Positions 9,958-20,837 of a stretch of DNA of 64,000 nucleotides are shown here, piece by piece; the first letter of the stretch is position 1, and every line of letters begins with the position of its first letter. Below the pieces are notes generated by a model. It did no database searches. It saw nothing but the letters and a program-made list of their open reading frames with translations, and had not been told where the DNA came from. The stretch lies in contig WTBR01000050.1 of the NCBI GenBank assembly GCA_013138975.1, forward strand, positions 3,123-67,122. The letters are read 5' to 3'. The DNA comes from Bacteroidales bacterium. Lineage in GTDB: Bacteria > Bacteroidota > Bacteroidia > Bacteroidales > UBA12077. Both the position numbers and the translations under genes were made by a program.

Positions 9958-10995
9958 TCATTTTTTATGAATTTTACCATCTTTTGTTAGTAGAATCGCA
10001 ATTGCTTTTGTCTGTGGAAATTCAGAAAATATAATTATTAATGCTACCGTAATTGGCACACTTAATATCATTCCAATAATTCCCCAAATAGCTCCCCAAA
10101 AGGCCAATCCAATTAATACTACTAAGGGACTTACATTAAGAGAACTTCCAGTTAATTTTGGATCAATAAGGTTACCTATAACTAACTGAATTGCACCTAC
10201 AATAATTAAAACCCAAACACCAGGCATTAACTCACCAAACTGAAGCATTGCAAACGTTGCCGGAAAAACAGTTGCAATTAATGACCCCACAGCAGGAATA
10301 TAGTTCATCAAGAAAATTAAGAAGGCCCAAAATAATGGAGCATCTAAGCCAATAAATAGCAATGCGAAATAACTTAAAATACCGGTTAATAAACTAATTA
10401 ATGTTTTAAGTGAAATATAACGACCAATGGATTTATTCAGTTGTTGTAAAACTGTATTTACTTCATCTTGAGCATCTTTTTTAGCATAAATTGCATTAAT
10501 TTTCTTTGAGAAGAATGGCTCTTCCAATAATAAGAATAAAGTATAAATTATTATTAAGAAGGCATCACCAAAAATATCAGTAAGCGAACTGAAAAGGCCT
10601 GAAAGTAGCTTTGTATATTCGTATTTACCTAAAAATTCTTTAGCAGAGCTTATTACATCAATATTAAACGTGTTATTTATCGATTCAGTTAATCTGCTAA
10701 TATTGCTTTGGTAAACCGGCAATTCTGTTGAAAGCTGTTGTATATTTACAGATAGAATTTTAACTACACCTCCAATAATTAAAAAGATTGAAGCAAAGCC
10801 GATTATATTTAAAACCAGGTTTGGGATTTTTTCATCAATAAATTGAATTTTATTTAACAGATCTCGAATTTCTTTAATTAGAAACCAAAAAATTAAAGCT
10901 ATTACAAATGGAATAAGAAGGTTTTTCCCATAAATAAGCATTATAACTATAGCAAAAGCAATTAACAATCCATTAGCAATTCGTGATGATTTCAT
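9958..10995 (-). CDS. AI-2E family transporter
   Basis: Multi-TM; NYIPAVGS, LSPLVV-type segment, GMILSVP. Confidence 0.92.
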   Translation of the reverse strand: MKSSRIANGLLIAFAIVIMLIYGKNLLIPFVIALIFWFLIKEIRDLLNKIQFIDEKIPNLVLNIIGFASIFLIIGGVVKILSVNIQQLSTELPVYQSNISRLTESINNTFNIDVISSAKEFLGKYEYTKLLSGLFSSLTDIFGDAFLIIIYTLFLLLEEPFFSKKINAIYAKKDAQDEVNTVLQQLNKSIGRYISLKTLISLLTGILSYFALLFIGLDAPLFWAFLIFLMNYIPAVGSLIATVFPATFAMLQFGELMPGVWVLIIVGAIQLVIGNLIDPKLTGSSLNVSPLVVLIGLAFWGAIWGIIGMILSVPITVALIIIFSEFPQTKAIAILLTKDGKIHKK

Positions 10996-11062
10996 AATAT
11001 TGGAGATTAAAAATTAGGATATAAAATTAGAAATCTTTTTTGACTTAAGACCTTTAAATTAG

Positions 11063-11263
11063 TTATAATGAATTGTTTTTTCGGGTTTCCTTTCCAATGG
11101 GAGCCCAAATAAATATTAGGTGAAAAAGAATCCCTACTGTTAATATGTAATTAATTTTCTCTTTATATGGAGTACCTTTTAAAACCATTGTACAAGCAAT
11201 TAGCACAATGCCCCAAATAACTGCACTTATAATCATTCTTATTCCGCTTTTATTTTTTTTCAT
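11063..11263 (-). CDS. small two-TM hypothetical protein
   Basis: 66 aa, two hydrophobic helices, non-overlapping. Confidence 0.5.
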   Translation of the reverse strand: MKKNKSGIRMIISAVIWGIVLIACTMVLKGTPYKEKINYILTVGILFHLIFIWAPIGKETRKNNSL

Positions 11264-11419
11264 AACGTTTCTTTGTAAGTTTTTTCTAAATTAACAAAAA
11301 AGGAATTTTATTCATAATTTATTTATATAAATTGTTCTATTAACACACCAATTATAAATAAAAATCGTTGTTGTATAATATGGATTAAACAAAATTTCTT
11401 AAATTGAGTTCTTATTATT

Positions 11420-12088
11420 ATGGGATTTATGAATAAGATGAAAAATTATTGCGTGCTAATTCTTTTTTTGATAACAGTGTTGATGTTTTCATGCATTGAT
11501 GATGCACCTAGCGATTTCGATAATCCTGACTCAAATTGGAATCCAAGTTTCTCTTTTCCTGTTGGTTATTCTTCACTGGGAATGGATATAGATAGTGGAT
11601 TCGACACTCTGTTATTCTTAATTGATACTCTATCAGGATTACCATTCTGGATAGATGAGATTGATGTTCCCATAAGTTATACAATGCCCTTTAATATGCA
11701 GGAAATAAATGACTTTTCGGAGGAAATTGTAAGTATCCTATTTAGATTAAATACTCAAAATGGATTTCCAAATCAGGTAAAATTCCAATTATATTTTCAG
11801 GATATTAATTCGTTTAATATAGATTCAATGTTTGTTAATGGACCTTTAAGGTTTGATTCCGGAACACCTATTGGTAATGGAGAATTTATAAACTCAACAA
11901 GCAATCAAACAGATATTTTTATCGATCAAGATAAAATTAATGATTTAGGATCGACTCAATACATTTTAATTGAAGGACTGATAAATAATGTGGCGCTTGA
12001 TACTTCTTTAATAAGTTATTATCCTAATTATAGTATTGATTTACAATTGGGGGTTCAAGTTGAGTTAAATATGAGTATTTCTAATTAA
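11420..12088 (+). CDS. hypothetical lipoprotein
   Basis: Lipobox LMFSC; upstream of the DUF5723-like barrel. Confidence 0.7.
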   Translation: MGFMNKMKNYCVLILFLITVLMFSCIDDAPSDFDNPDSNWNPSFSFPVGYSSLGMDIDSGFDTLLFLIDTLSGLPFWIDEIDVPISYTMPFNMQEINDFSEEIVSILFRLNTQNGFPNQVKFQLYFQDINSFNIDSMFVNGPLRFDSGTPIGNGEFINSTSNQTDIFIDQDKINDLGSTQYILIEGLINNVALDTSLISYYPNYSIDLQLGVQVELNMSISN

Positions 12089-12133
12089 TTTTCAAACACT
12101 AATAATCAATCATCAAAATTTAATTGACAAATA

Positions 12134-13654
12134 TTGAAAAGAGATTTAAAAATAAAAAAGAGGATGTCATTCCCGCGAAGGCGGGAATCTATTATTTTTA
12201 TTATTTTTATTATTCCTTTTCTAATGGGGATAAAAATTTATGCCCAGCAAAACAATACTTTCTATTTAATGCATGATGTTCCCCAAAGCAATTTATTAAA
12301 TCCGGCAGTGCAAATAAATTGTAAGTGGTTTGTTGCAATTCCTTTACTAGGATCAACTCAATTTGATTATAGCAATTCTACATTTTCATTTAATGAGTTA
12401 TTTTCTACTAATAGTGGATCTGCATCCTTAGATATGGAAAGCTTTTACGAAAGTGTTCTAAAAACAAATTTGCTGAGTTCGGAACTTCATCTCAATTTAA
12501 TATCAATTGGTTACCGTAGAAACGAATATTATTATAATTTTAATATTGCCGAAAAAGTTAATATGGCTTTAACTTACCCCGGAAGCATAGTAGAATTCTT
12601 ATGGAAAGGGAATACTCAGTTTTTAGGTGAATCGGTCGAATTTAATAATTTACGCACACATTCAGTACATTATCGTGAATATTCGCTGGGAGTTTCAAAG
12701 GTTTGGGATGCATATAATATTCTGGGCTTAAGAGCAAAATTGCTTTTTGGTAAGGCAAATATTTATTCGGGTAAATCGGAAATAAGTTTATTTACAGATC
12801 CTAACACCTTTAATTTAAACGTAGAGGGAGATATTTCTGAAAATATATCTTTCCCAATGACAATAACTCTTGATAATCAAGGACGTATTAATGGTTCAAC
12901 AATAAATGATCTAGATATTTTAAGTTATTTAATGAATGGCAAAAACAAAGGATTTGCCCTGGATTTAGGATGGATTTATAAATACAATGAGAAAACTACA
13001 TTTTCGGCAAGTTTACTTGATTTGGGTTTTATTAAATGGAAATCGGATGTAAACAATGTTCAAATCTCCGGATCATTTGATTATGCAGGAATAAGTGCAG
13101 GAAGTAATTTCAGCAACACTGATTTAACTGCTTTAAGCGATTCAATAATAGATGCTTTTAATCAAACAGTTACTCAAGATAGCTATTATTCATGGTTACC
13201 AACCCAAATTTATTTGGGAGGAATGTATCAGTACAGACCAAAGTTAGGAATTGGACTTGTGAACAGAAATGTAATATATCGCAATAAGCTTCATTCATCC
13301 TTAACATTATCCGCCAATACAACTGTTTGGAATAAACTCTCAGCAAGCTTAAGTTGGTCGTATATGAATAATACACTTAAGAACGTGGGTGTAGGATTAG
13401 CATGGCACAGTCGAGGTTTGCAATTTCATATGGTAAGTGATAATTTATTAGGAATAATTAAACCTTTAGATACCCGGAATTTAAACTTACGATTCGGATT
13501 TGGCGTTTTATTTGGATGTCCAAAAAATAAAGAAGAAGAGCTTAAAATGAGTAATGAATATAATTCAATGTTAAATGGAAATTGTTACTGGGCTAAAAAC
13601 ACAGATAAAAATTATAAAAAAGTATTGAAAAAGAAGGAGAAAAGAAAGAAGTAA
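12134..13654 (+). CDS. DUF5723-like outer-membrane beta-barrel protein (start TTG 12134 or ATG 12164)
   Basis: PQSNLLNPA, GFALDLG, LPTQIYLGG; alternating strands. Confidence 0.8.
   Translation: MKRDLKIKKRMSFPRRRESIIFIIFIIPFLMGIKIYAQQNNTFYLMHDVPQSNLLNPAVQINCKWFVAIPLLGSTQFDYSNSTFSFNELFSTNSGSASLDMESFYESVLKTNLLSSELHLNLISIGYRRNEYYYNFNIAEKVNMALTYPGSIVEFLWKGNTQFLGESVEFNNLRTHSVHYREYSLGVSKVWDAYNILGLRAKLLFGKANIYSGKSEISLFTDPNTFNLNVEGDISENISFPMTITLDNQGRINGSTINDLDILSYLMNGKNKGFALDLGWIYKYNEKTTFSASLLDLGFIKWKSDVNNVQISGSFDYAGISAGSNFSNTDLTALSDSIIDAFNQTVTQDSYYSWLPTQIYLGGMYQYRPKLGIGLVNRNVIYRNKLHSSLTLSANTTVWNKLSASLSWSYMNNTLKNVGVGLAWHSRGLQFHMVSDNLLGIIKPLDTRNLNLRFGFGVLFGCPKNKEEELKMSNEYNSMLNGNCYWAKNTDKNYKKVLKKKEKRKK
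12166..12190 (+). repeat. palindromic ATTCCC-N8-GGGAAT element inside the signal-peptide coding region
   Basis: GTCATTCCCGCGAAGGCGGGAATCT, read as SFPRRRES. Confidence 0.8.
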
Positions 13655-13968
13655 TTACCGGAAATCAATATAATATTTTTTATATTTAATTACTTATGCG
13701 CACTTTATGATATCAGACATATAAAAATTCATTATCAAGAAAAAAATCACCATTTTTATCTTTTTACTTTATACTTTCGTCTTTTTACTTTTTACTTTTA
13801 TCTTAAACAATCTCTCTTGCCAAGTATACAATTCTTCCGAACGTATTTAAAATTTAATTTAAAGTTTATAATAGTATAAGCTTAGGTTGACATTTCATAT
13901 ATCTTTCCTTAATTTCGTCCAATCGTTAATATCATTAAACAAAAAAGTAATAACATAAAATTAAGATC

Positions 13969-16101
13969 ATGGAATTTAAACAATTTAAATCCTTTAAATT
14001 GAAAGGTTTATTCCTATTTTTAAGTATAGGAATATTAATGCTTAGTGTTTCTTCATGCGAAAGCACAGTGCAAAAAGAAGAAGTATCAATTATTGGAAAA
14101 GCAAATATTAAACTAGAATCTGACATTTTAACTCCCGAAGTATTATGGTCTTTTGGACGACTTGGCGATGTTCAGGTTTCTCCTGACGGAAACACTCTAC
14201 TTTACGGGGTTTCTTATTATTCAAAAGAGCTAAATAAAAGTAATCGTGAATTATTTACATTACCTAGCACAGGGGGCGAGCCTAAACAATTAACAAAAAC
14301 AGCTGGTGGTGAATACGGTGCTGTATGGTCGGTTGACGGAAAAAAGATTTTTTATTTAGCTGCCGCTCAAAACGGAAATGGATTACAAATTTGGTCGATG
14401 AATTCGGATGGATCAAGTAAAATGCAAATATCAAATGTTTCAACAGGGGTTTCAAATATAAAAGTTGCTCCCAACGGATCTAAAGTTTTATTCACAAGTG
14501 ATATAAAAATTGATAAAAATGTTCAAGATATGTACCCCGATTTGCCTTTGGCAGATGCAAAATTATACGATGACATTATGTATCGTCACTGGGATACTTG
14601 GGAGGATGGATATTATGGTCACATTTTTGTAGCCGATATCCTTAATGGCAAGATTGAAAATACTTTAGATATAATGGAAGGTGAACCATTTGAATCACCA
14701 TTAATGCCTTTTGGCGGAATTGAAGAAATTAATTGGAGTCCTGATAGCAAAACAGTAGCTTATACATGTAAGAAATTATCGGGTAAAGAGTATTCTTTAA
14801 GTACAAATTCTGATGTCTATTTGTATAATCTGGATACAAAAGAAACAATTAATTTTACTGATGGAATGCCTGGTTACGATATGCAACCACTTTATTCTCC
14901 TGATGGAACTAAACTTGCTTGGTTAAGTATGGCTCGTGCAGGATTCGAGGCTGATAAGCAACGACTTTTCATTGCAGATTTAGCAACCGGGGAAAAGAAA
15001 AATTACTCAGAAAACTTTGACCATAGCCCATTTGGAATGCAATGGACTGAAGATAGTAAATCAATTTATTTTGTTGCCGGAATTTTTGGAACGCATCAAA
15101 TACATAAGTTCGATTTTGAAACCGGAAAGATAAAAGCTGTTACTGAAGGAATGCACGATTATCATTCTGTTTCTACAGCAGGGGATCAACTTATTGGTAC
15201 AAAAGTTTCCATGATTAAACCTCAAGAGATTTATGCTATAAATGTTGAAACAGGAAATGAAACAGAGCTGAGTTTTGAAAATAAACATATTCTTGATCAG
15301 CTTACAATGCCAACAGTGGAAAAGAGGTATGTAAAAACTACCGACGGACAAAAAATGCTTACCTGGGTTATTTTACCTCCGCATTTCGATGCAACAAAAA
15401 AATATCCCGGAATTCTATACTGCGAAGGTGGGCCACAATCTCCATTGAGTCAGTTTTGGAGTTACCGTTGGAATTTTTCTATTATGGCATCAAACGATTA
15501 TGTTGTTGTAGCTCCAAATCGACGCGGTGTTTTAACAATGGGTCAGAAATGGACAGATCAAATTAGTAAAGACAATAGCGGACAAGCAATGAAAGATCTT
15601 TTATCGGCAATTGATAAGGTTAAAGAAGAACCTTATGTTGATGAAGAAAGATTAGGTGCTATTGGTGCAAGTTTTGGTGGATTTTCTGTATACTGGTTAG
15701 CAGGTAATCATAACAATAGGTTTAAAACATTTATTGCTCATTGTGGAGTATTTCATTCCGAAATGGAATACATGACTACCGAAGAATCATTCTTTGATAG
15801 CTGGGAAAAAGGAGGAGCTCCATGGGAGAAAAATAATAAAGTGGCTATGAAATCTTATGCAGGATCACCTAGTAATTTTGTTCAGAACTGGGATACTCCT
15901 ATTTTGGTGATACATGGAGGAAAAGATTTCCGTGTTCCTTATTCTCAAGGAATGGCAGCTTTTAATTCAGCAAGATTAGTTGGTGTAAAAGCAAGATTCC
16001 TGTATTTTCCGGAGGAAAATCATTGGGTGCTAAAACCACAAAATGGAATTTTATGGCAACGAACTTTCTTTAATTGGTTAGATGAGCATTTGAAGGAATA
16101 A
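13969..16101 (+). CDS. S9 family peptidase (prolyl oligopeptidase/DPP5-like), lipoprotein
   Basis: Lipobox VSSC, propeller repeats, triad GASFGG / KDFRV / ENHW. Confidence 0.95.
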   Translation: MEFKQFKSFKLKGLFLFLSIGILMLSVSSCESTVQKEEVSIIGKANIKLESDILTPEVLWSFGRLGDVQVSPDGNTLLYGVSYYSKELNKSNRELFTLPSTGGEPKQLTKTAGGEYGAVWSVDGKKIFYLAAAQNGNGLQIWSMNSDGSSKMQISNVSTGVSNIKVAPNGSKVLFTSDIKIDKNVQDMYPDLPLADAKLYDDIMYRHWDTWEDGYYGHIFVADILNGKIENTLDIMEGEPFESPLMPFGGIEEINWSPDSKTVAYTCKKLSGKEYSLSTNSDVYLYNLDTKETINFTDGMPGYDMQPLYSPDGTKLAWLSMARAGFEADKQRLFIADLATGEKKNYSENFDHSPFGMQWTEDSKSIYFVAGIFGTHQIHKFDFETGKIKAVTEGMHDYHSVSTAGDQLIGTKVSMIKPQEIYAINVETGNETELSFENKHILDQLTMPTVEKRYVKTTDGQKMLTWVILPPHFDATKKYPGILYCEGGPQSPLSQFWSYRWNFSIMASNDYVVVAPNRRGVLTMGQKWTDQISKDNSGQAMKDLLSAIDKVKEEPYVDEERLGAIGASFGGFSVYWLAGNHNNRFKTFIAHCGVFHSEMEYMTTEESFFDSWEKGGAPWEKNNKVAMKSYAGSPSNFVQNWDTPILVIHGGKDFRVPYSQGMAAFNSARLVGVKARFLYFPEENHWVLKPQNGILWQRTFFNWLDEHLKE

Positions 16102-16111
16102 ATCAGTGAAA

Positions 16112-16235
16112 CTATAATTTCAGGAACGATAGTGAACTGAAAGTATCTAGTTGAACTGATCCCGAGCGAACTCCACTGAGAAGCTTGTCGAAGTGGACTC
16201 TACTGAGCTTGTCGAAGTGAAGACGAGGGATCTCT
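16112..16235 (+). repeat. modular intergenic repeat with nested REP-like units (second copy on - strand at ~56203-56296)
   Basis: TATAATTTCAGGAACGATAGTGAACTGAAAGTATCTA followed by two CTGAG(AAG)CTTGTCGAAGTG units. Confidence 0.8.
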
Positions 16236-16357
16236 TGGGACATATTATTCGCTTTGTTTATGAGAGAAGTTCCCCACTCCTCGGGTCGAAATTAGAAAAA
16301 TAATTTGTTTATACCTCGTCCGCTTGCGACGAAGTAATTCATTAATAATAATTGTAT

Positions 16358-16395
16358 TAAAAATCTCCAAGAATTGAAAAACTTGGAGATTTTTA
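16358..16395. terminator. intrinsic terminator hairpin
   Basis: TAAAAATCTCCAAG...CTTGGAGATTTTTA, 14-bp stem. Confidence 0.8.
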
Positions 16396-17232
16396 TTATT
16401 TGGAATAATTAGTTTTAAAGTAAGTGCTTAACAACAAATATTTATTGACTCTAAAAAATAAATAGCTATAAAAATATAAATAAATCCGCTAAGCACTTAC
16501 TAAATGTCATTCTATAAAATAAAAGTAGATATATAATCATTTTACTGAAAATTATTCCTCTTCCAGAGTATAAGAGATTTCCTGACAAAACCAGCCCGCA
16601 TTATCCTAAATTTTTCTCCTTAATTTTCTTATTTCTTCCCTTAATGTTTTTAGCTTCTCCTCCTAAAAATTTACCAATCATCTGCCAAATATAAAAAGCT
16701 TATTCTGAACCTAAGTCTCCCTAATAAATATTGTATCCATCCAAAATATTTTTACTTTCATATAACTCTTTCCACTTCTTCATAATTTCAACAAACTCTT
16801 TAGTTTTGTCGACTTTAACATACGCAAAAAACCAATAAGAAAAATCTTTACAAGGTACGATTTAGAGATACTGAATGTCAAGCAAATAACGAAATATTAT
16901 TGACTATTTAGAATGATGCTTTTTTAACTAAACACTTATTAAACTATTGCTTCCAAAACTTAAACAAAATCAGAAAATAAGATCTTTAAATATCATAAAA
17001 CAGTCTTTTGCAATATTTTATTTATATCTTACCAGCCCACTAAAAAATAAATACATTTACAATTCAAATTACTTTATGCTTTTTAGAGATTTGATAATTA
17101 AATAAATATAGTGATTTTGTACGACAAGAAAAGTATCAAATTTGAAAATGAACAACTTAAATAAAGCTATTCAAAAGTATAGGAGAATTACAATAACTTC
17201 ATCAGTGAAAAATTCCATAATGCATTCCATAG

Positions 17233-18714
17233 ATGAATAATATAAACGAAAAACGCAGTTTTTGTATAAATAAGATTAGTTTATCTTTTAATAAAAAATA
17301 TGAGGTTTTATTTTTAAAAAAATACTTCTCAAATTCAATTTTTCAATTTAGAATTGCGTTTTTGTTAAATACATTGATTTATGCTTCATTTACCTATCTA
17401 GATACTTTAGTAATTCCGGAATATGCGACTCTTTTTTACTTTATTCGATTTTATTTTGTTGTTCCTTTATGTTCTTTCGTTCTTATTTTATCTTTTTTCA
17501 AATTTTTTGAAAAAATATGGCAAGCTCTTTTGTTAATTTGTCATATTACTACAGGAGTAGGATTAAGTATCATGACATTGCTTGCATCCGATAATTATTC
17601 TTATTACGCAGGAATGATGTTAATATTTTTAGTCGGATATTTTTTTATTAAACTTCGTTTTTTATATGCAACTATTGCCAATTGGGCAATCCTTATTTTT
17701 TTTAACATCGCATTTCTAATATATCCAAATACCTCAGATATAATTCTAATTAGTTATAACTTTATTTTTATTAGTGCAAATATTATTGGAATGGTTGCAG
17801 CATATAATATTGAATATTATGCTCGTAATGATTTTTATTTAAATAAAGAACTAGACATACAAAAGGGTTTAGTAGAAGATTATAATAAAAATCTGGAAGA
17901 CCTCGTTCAGGAGCGCACTAAAGAATTAGTAAAAGCTAAAAATGAGGCTGAAAAATCCGATAAATTAAAATCTGCATTCCTGGCAAACATAAGTCACGAG
18001 ATAAGAACACCTATGAACGGTATATTTGGATTTACCAGACTTCTGAAAGAACTTAATCTTAAAGGTGAACCAAATGAATATATTAATATAATAGAACAAA
18101 GTGGCGTTCGTATGCTCAATTTAATTAACGATATTATAGATGTCTCAAAATTAGAATCGGGTTTAGTAATATCTGATATTAAAGCAACGAATTTATCTGA
18201 ATTAATCAAATATATTTATACCTTTTTCAAACCGGAAGCTAAAAGTAAAGGGATACACTTGCAATCAAATAATCAAATTACGGGAAAAGACATTATTATA
18301 AAAACAGATCATGAAAAAATATATGCAGTTCTTACTAATTTGGTTAAAAATGCAATAAAATTTACCGAAACCGGCACAATTGAATTTGGATATCACTTAG
18401 AACATAACGAACAAAAAACAACTGTACTTAAGTTTCATGTGAAAGACTCCGGAATAGGAATTCCTAAAGATAAACAAGAAGCTATTTTTGATCGTTTTAT
18501 ACGAGCCGACATAAGTAATGAACAAGTTTACGAAGGTGCAGGATTGGGATTATCTATTGCCAAAGCTTATGTTGAAATGTTGGATGGTGAAATTTGGTTA
18601 AAAAGCGAAGAAGGACTTGGAAGTACTTTTTATTTTACCATACCATATATTCCAGATTCTAAAGAAAATGTTACGAATGAAAGTGTTTTTCAAGTAAATC
18701 TTATAAAGAATTAA
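17233..18714 (+). CDS. membrane sensor histidine kinase (multi-TM, HisKA, HATPase_c), no receiver domain
   Basis: FLANISHEIRTPMNG, NLVKNAIKFT, DSGIGI, GAGLGL. Confidence 0.95.
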   Translation: MNNINEKRSFCINKISLSFNKKYEVLFLKKYFSNSIFQFRIAFLLNTLIYASFTYLDTLVIPEYATLFYFIRFYFVVPLCSFVLILSFFKFFEKIWQALLLICHITTGVGLSIMTLLASDNYSYYAGMMLIFLVGYFFIKLRFLYATIANWAILIFFNIAFLIYPNTSDIILISYNFIFISANIIGMVAAYNIEYYARNDFYLNKELDIQKGLVEDYNKNLEDLVQERTKELVKAKNEAEKSDKLKSAFLANISHEIRTPMNGIFGFTRLLKELNLKGEPNEYINIIEQSGVRMLNLINDIIDVSKLESGLVISDIKATNLSELIKYIYTFFKPEAKSKGIHLQSNNQITGKDIIIKTDHEKIYAVLTNLVKNAIKFTETGTIEFGYHLEHNEQKTTVLKFHVKDSGIGIPKDKQEAIFDRFIRADISNEQVYEGAGLGLSIAKAYVEMLDGEIWLKSEEGLGSTFYFTIPYIPDSKENVTNESVFQVNLIKN

Positions 18715-18880
18715 GTAAAAACAAAACACTCAATACAAACAACCAGACTTTACTTGCCTAGTATTTTCCAAACTAAATTTGTGTGCCCCAATAATTATTA
18801 GAAGTCGAAGTATTTAGCATCTATATCATATAGTTTAAACAAAAAATAATTTTAAGTTATAGATTAGTATAAGCCAATAT

Positions 18881-18980
18881 TTTGTAAAGTAGAATATTAT
18901 TTTTACTTTCATGATCTCCTACCTTAAGAACGTACATGTTGGTTTGAAACGAAGTATTAATTAATTAATATTAAGTACGT
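18881..18980 (+). promoter_or_regulatory. repeated promoter plus structured leader, copy 1
   Basis: TTTG(18881)-N19-TACTTTC, then AAGAACGTACATG...TATTAATTAATTAATA...GTACGT. Confidence 0.7.
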
Positions 18981-18999
18981 ATATCTAAAATTTAAAATT

Positions 19000-19950
19000 A
19001 TGTTAAACTCAACTATTCTTGAAGTTATCATCGGATTGGTATTTTTATATCTGATTTTTAGCTTATTAGCAACATTTGTTAATGAAATTATCTCGACATT
19101 TTTTAAGCTTCGCGCTAATCATTTAAAAAGCGCCATCAAAAACATGTTGGATAATGATACTGAAGAAGGTGAAAAACTTTTCAAGGAATTTTATGATCAT
19201 CCATTAATTCAATCATTCGTAAAAAAGAAAGGCAAAGGATTTCCATCGTACCTTGAACCTAAAAAGTTTGCAAAAGTAATTATCGATATTTACGAGAAAA
19301 GTAAAGACGAGGACATCCAAAATGATATCAAATCAATTATCGAAAATCTACCAAAATCCAATTACCTGAAACATTTACTAGATAACTATAATAAAGGAGT
19401 ACAAAAAATTGAAGACCTTGAAAAAAATATCGAAGAATGGTTTAATAGTGTTATGGATCGAACATCGGGATGGTATAATAGAAATATTAAAAAACTAACA
19501 TTACTTACTGCATTAATTATTGCCATCGCATTTAATTTTGATACTATTCATGTTTATCAGCGTTTATCGAAAGATTCTAATTCACGTACAGAGTTGGTAT
19601 TACTTGCAGAAAACAACATTGATAAATATGCAGAATATGTTAAGAAAGATACTGTAAATAGGGAATCTGACACGCTTCTTTTAGTAGAAATGAACAAGTT
19701 AAAAACCAATATAAAAACTATTATTGATGAAGAAGTTAATTCCATTGAACAAATGGCAGGATTAGGATGGGAAAAAGGAGAGTGCAAAACAACACTCAAA
19801 AATTGTTGGAGTTCCGCTTTCTTAATTAAGCTTCTTGGTTGGGTTTTAACAGCAATGGCAATTTCGCTAGGTGCACCTTTCTGGTTCGATTTACTTGATA
19901 AAATAATGAAACTTAGAGGTACAGGTAAACAAGAAAAAATAACTACTTAA
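19000..19950 (+). CDS. conserved membrane protein of unknown function
   Basis: TM at both ends; FYDHPLI, PSYL, WFNSVMDRTSGWY, SLGAPFWFDLL. Confidence 0.8.
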   Translation: MLNSTILEVIIGLVFLYLIFSLLATFVNEIISTFFKLRANHLKSAIKNMLDNDTEEGEKLFKEFYDHPLIQSFVKKKGKGFPSYLEPKKFAKVIIDIYEKSKDEDIQNDIKSIIENLPKSNYLKHLLDNYNKGVQKIEDLEKNIEEWFNSVMDRTSGWYNRNIKKLTLLTALIIAIAFNFDTIHVYQRLSKDSNSRTELVLLAENNIDKYAEYVKKDTVNRESDTLLLVEMNKLKTNIKTIIDEEVNSIEQMAGLGWEKGECKTTLKNCWSSAFLIKLLGWVLTAMAISLGAPFWFDLLDKIMKLRGTGKQEKITT

Positions 19951-19952
19951 AA

Positions 19953-20162
19953 ATGATTAACGGTATCGTAATTTCAAAATTAATCGACAGATGTAAAGGA
20001 TCAAATGGCAATCCCTTAGATTCTTCTATTTATAAAACTGACGATAAAGTTGAAATAATCGATATTGTTAAAAGTGACGATTACAATAGTAATAAAGTAT
20101 AGTACAAACTCAATAACAGAAACTATGTTTGAAGTGGAGGAATTGAAGGAATAAAAACTTAA
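19953..20162 (+). pseudogene. SH3-like domain pseudogene with two Trp-to-stop changes
   Basis: MINGIV...DKVEIIDIVKSDDYNSNKV*YKLNNRNYV*SGGIEGIKT; TAG 20100-02 and TGA 20130-32 where VWYKL and YVWSGG are expected. Confidence 0.65.
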
Positions 20163-20597
20163 GATTCCTCCGCAAAACATAAAAATCAATAATTAGTTAT
20201 AATAAGGAGTTTTTATTACCAAAACAGCAGCCTGAGGTAGTTACTGAGCTCTGTTGAAGTATTCTGGATGGCTAACGATAATCATAAAAATAACTCAACA
20301 GACCACAAAGGAATTAATGAATATTAATTCCTTTTTTCTTTTTGCAATACTTTGTTAATCTTTGGCAAAGTTGAATTTCAAAAAAAGTCAAACTACTGAT
20401 AATTAGCCCTATGATTAAAATAAACGAACTTTGCCAAAGTTCTTAATTTCAAACTAATACAAAAATGTAACGAACTATTATTTTTAGGCATCCTTGTTTT
20501 AATTTCCTGTATTTTTCTAAATCAAAGCAAGCTACCATAATTCCTAAGGTTTATACAAAAAGAGACACTTAAACGCTAAATTATTACAAGTCAACAT

Positions 20598-20698
20598 TTT
20601 GAATCTAAAAATATTAGTTGTAATTTGTTTTCACTCTCCTAAGAACGTACATGCGATTTGAAAAAAAGGATATTAATTAAATTAATATTTAGGTACGT
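20598..20698 (+). promoter_or_regulatory. repeated promoter plus structured leader, copy 2
   Basis: TTTG(20598)-N19-TAATTTG, then AAGAACGTACATG...ATATTAAT-TAA-ATTAATAT...GTACGT. Confidence 0.65.
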
Positions 20699-20837
20699 GT
20701 ATTACCTAAAAATGTATTAAAATAGTAGAAAATGAATTTAGCCTTTAGTTAAACCTTATTTGCAAAGTAATATAATGAAAATTAGAGAAACCGGAAAAAA
20801 ATAAGGGACATTTAAATAAATAATAAAATGAATAAAC

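Noticed and set aside
16560-16900. Possible degraded minus-strand gene (IVPCKDFSYWFFAYVKVDKTKELFEIMKKWKELYEVKNILDGYNIY*)
   Set aside because: No start codon, preceded by a stop, and no recognisable family.
18930-18980. Invertible (phase-variable) promoter
   Set aside because: The inverted repeats are only 6-8 bp, lie downstream of the promoter boxes rather than around them, and no recombinase is nearby.
20345-20445. TTTGGCAAAG / AACTTTGCCAAAGTT inverted pair as a regulatory site
   Set aside because: It looks like another generic REP-like palindrome with no link to a gene start.
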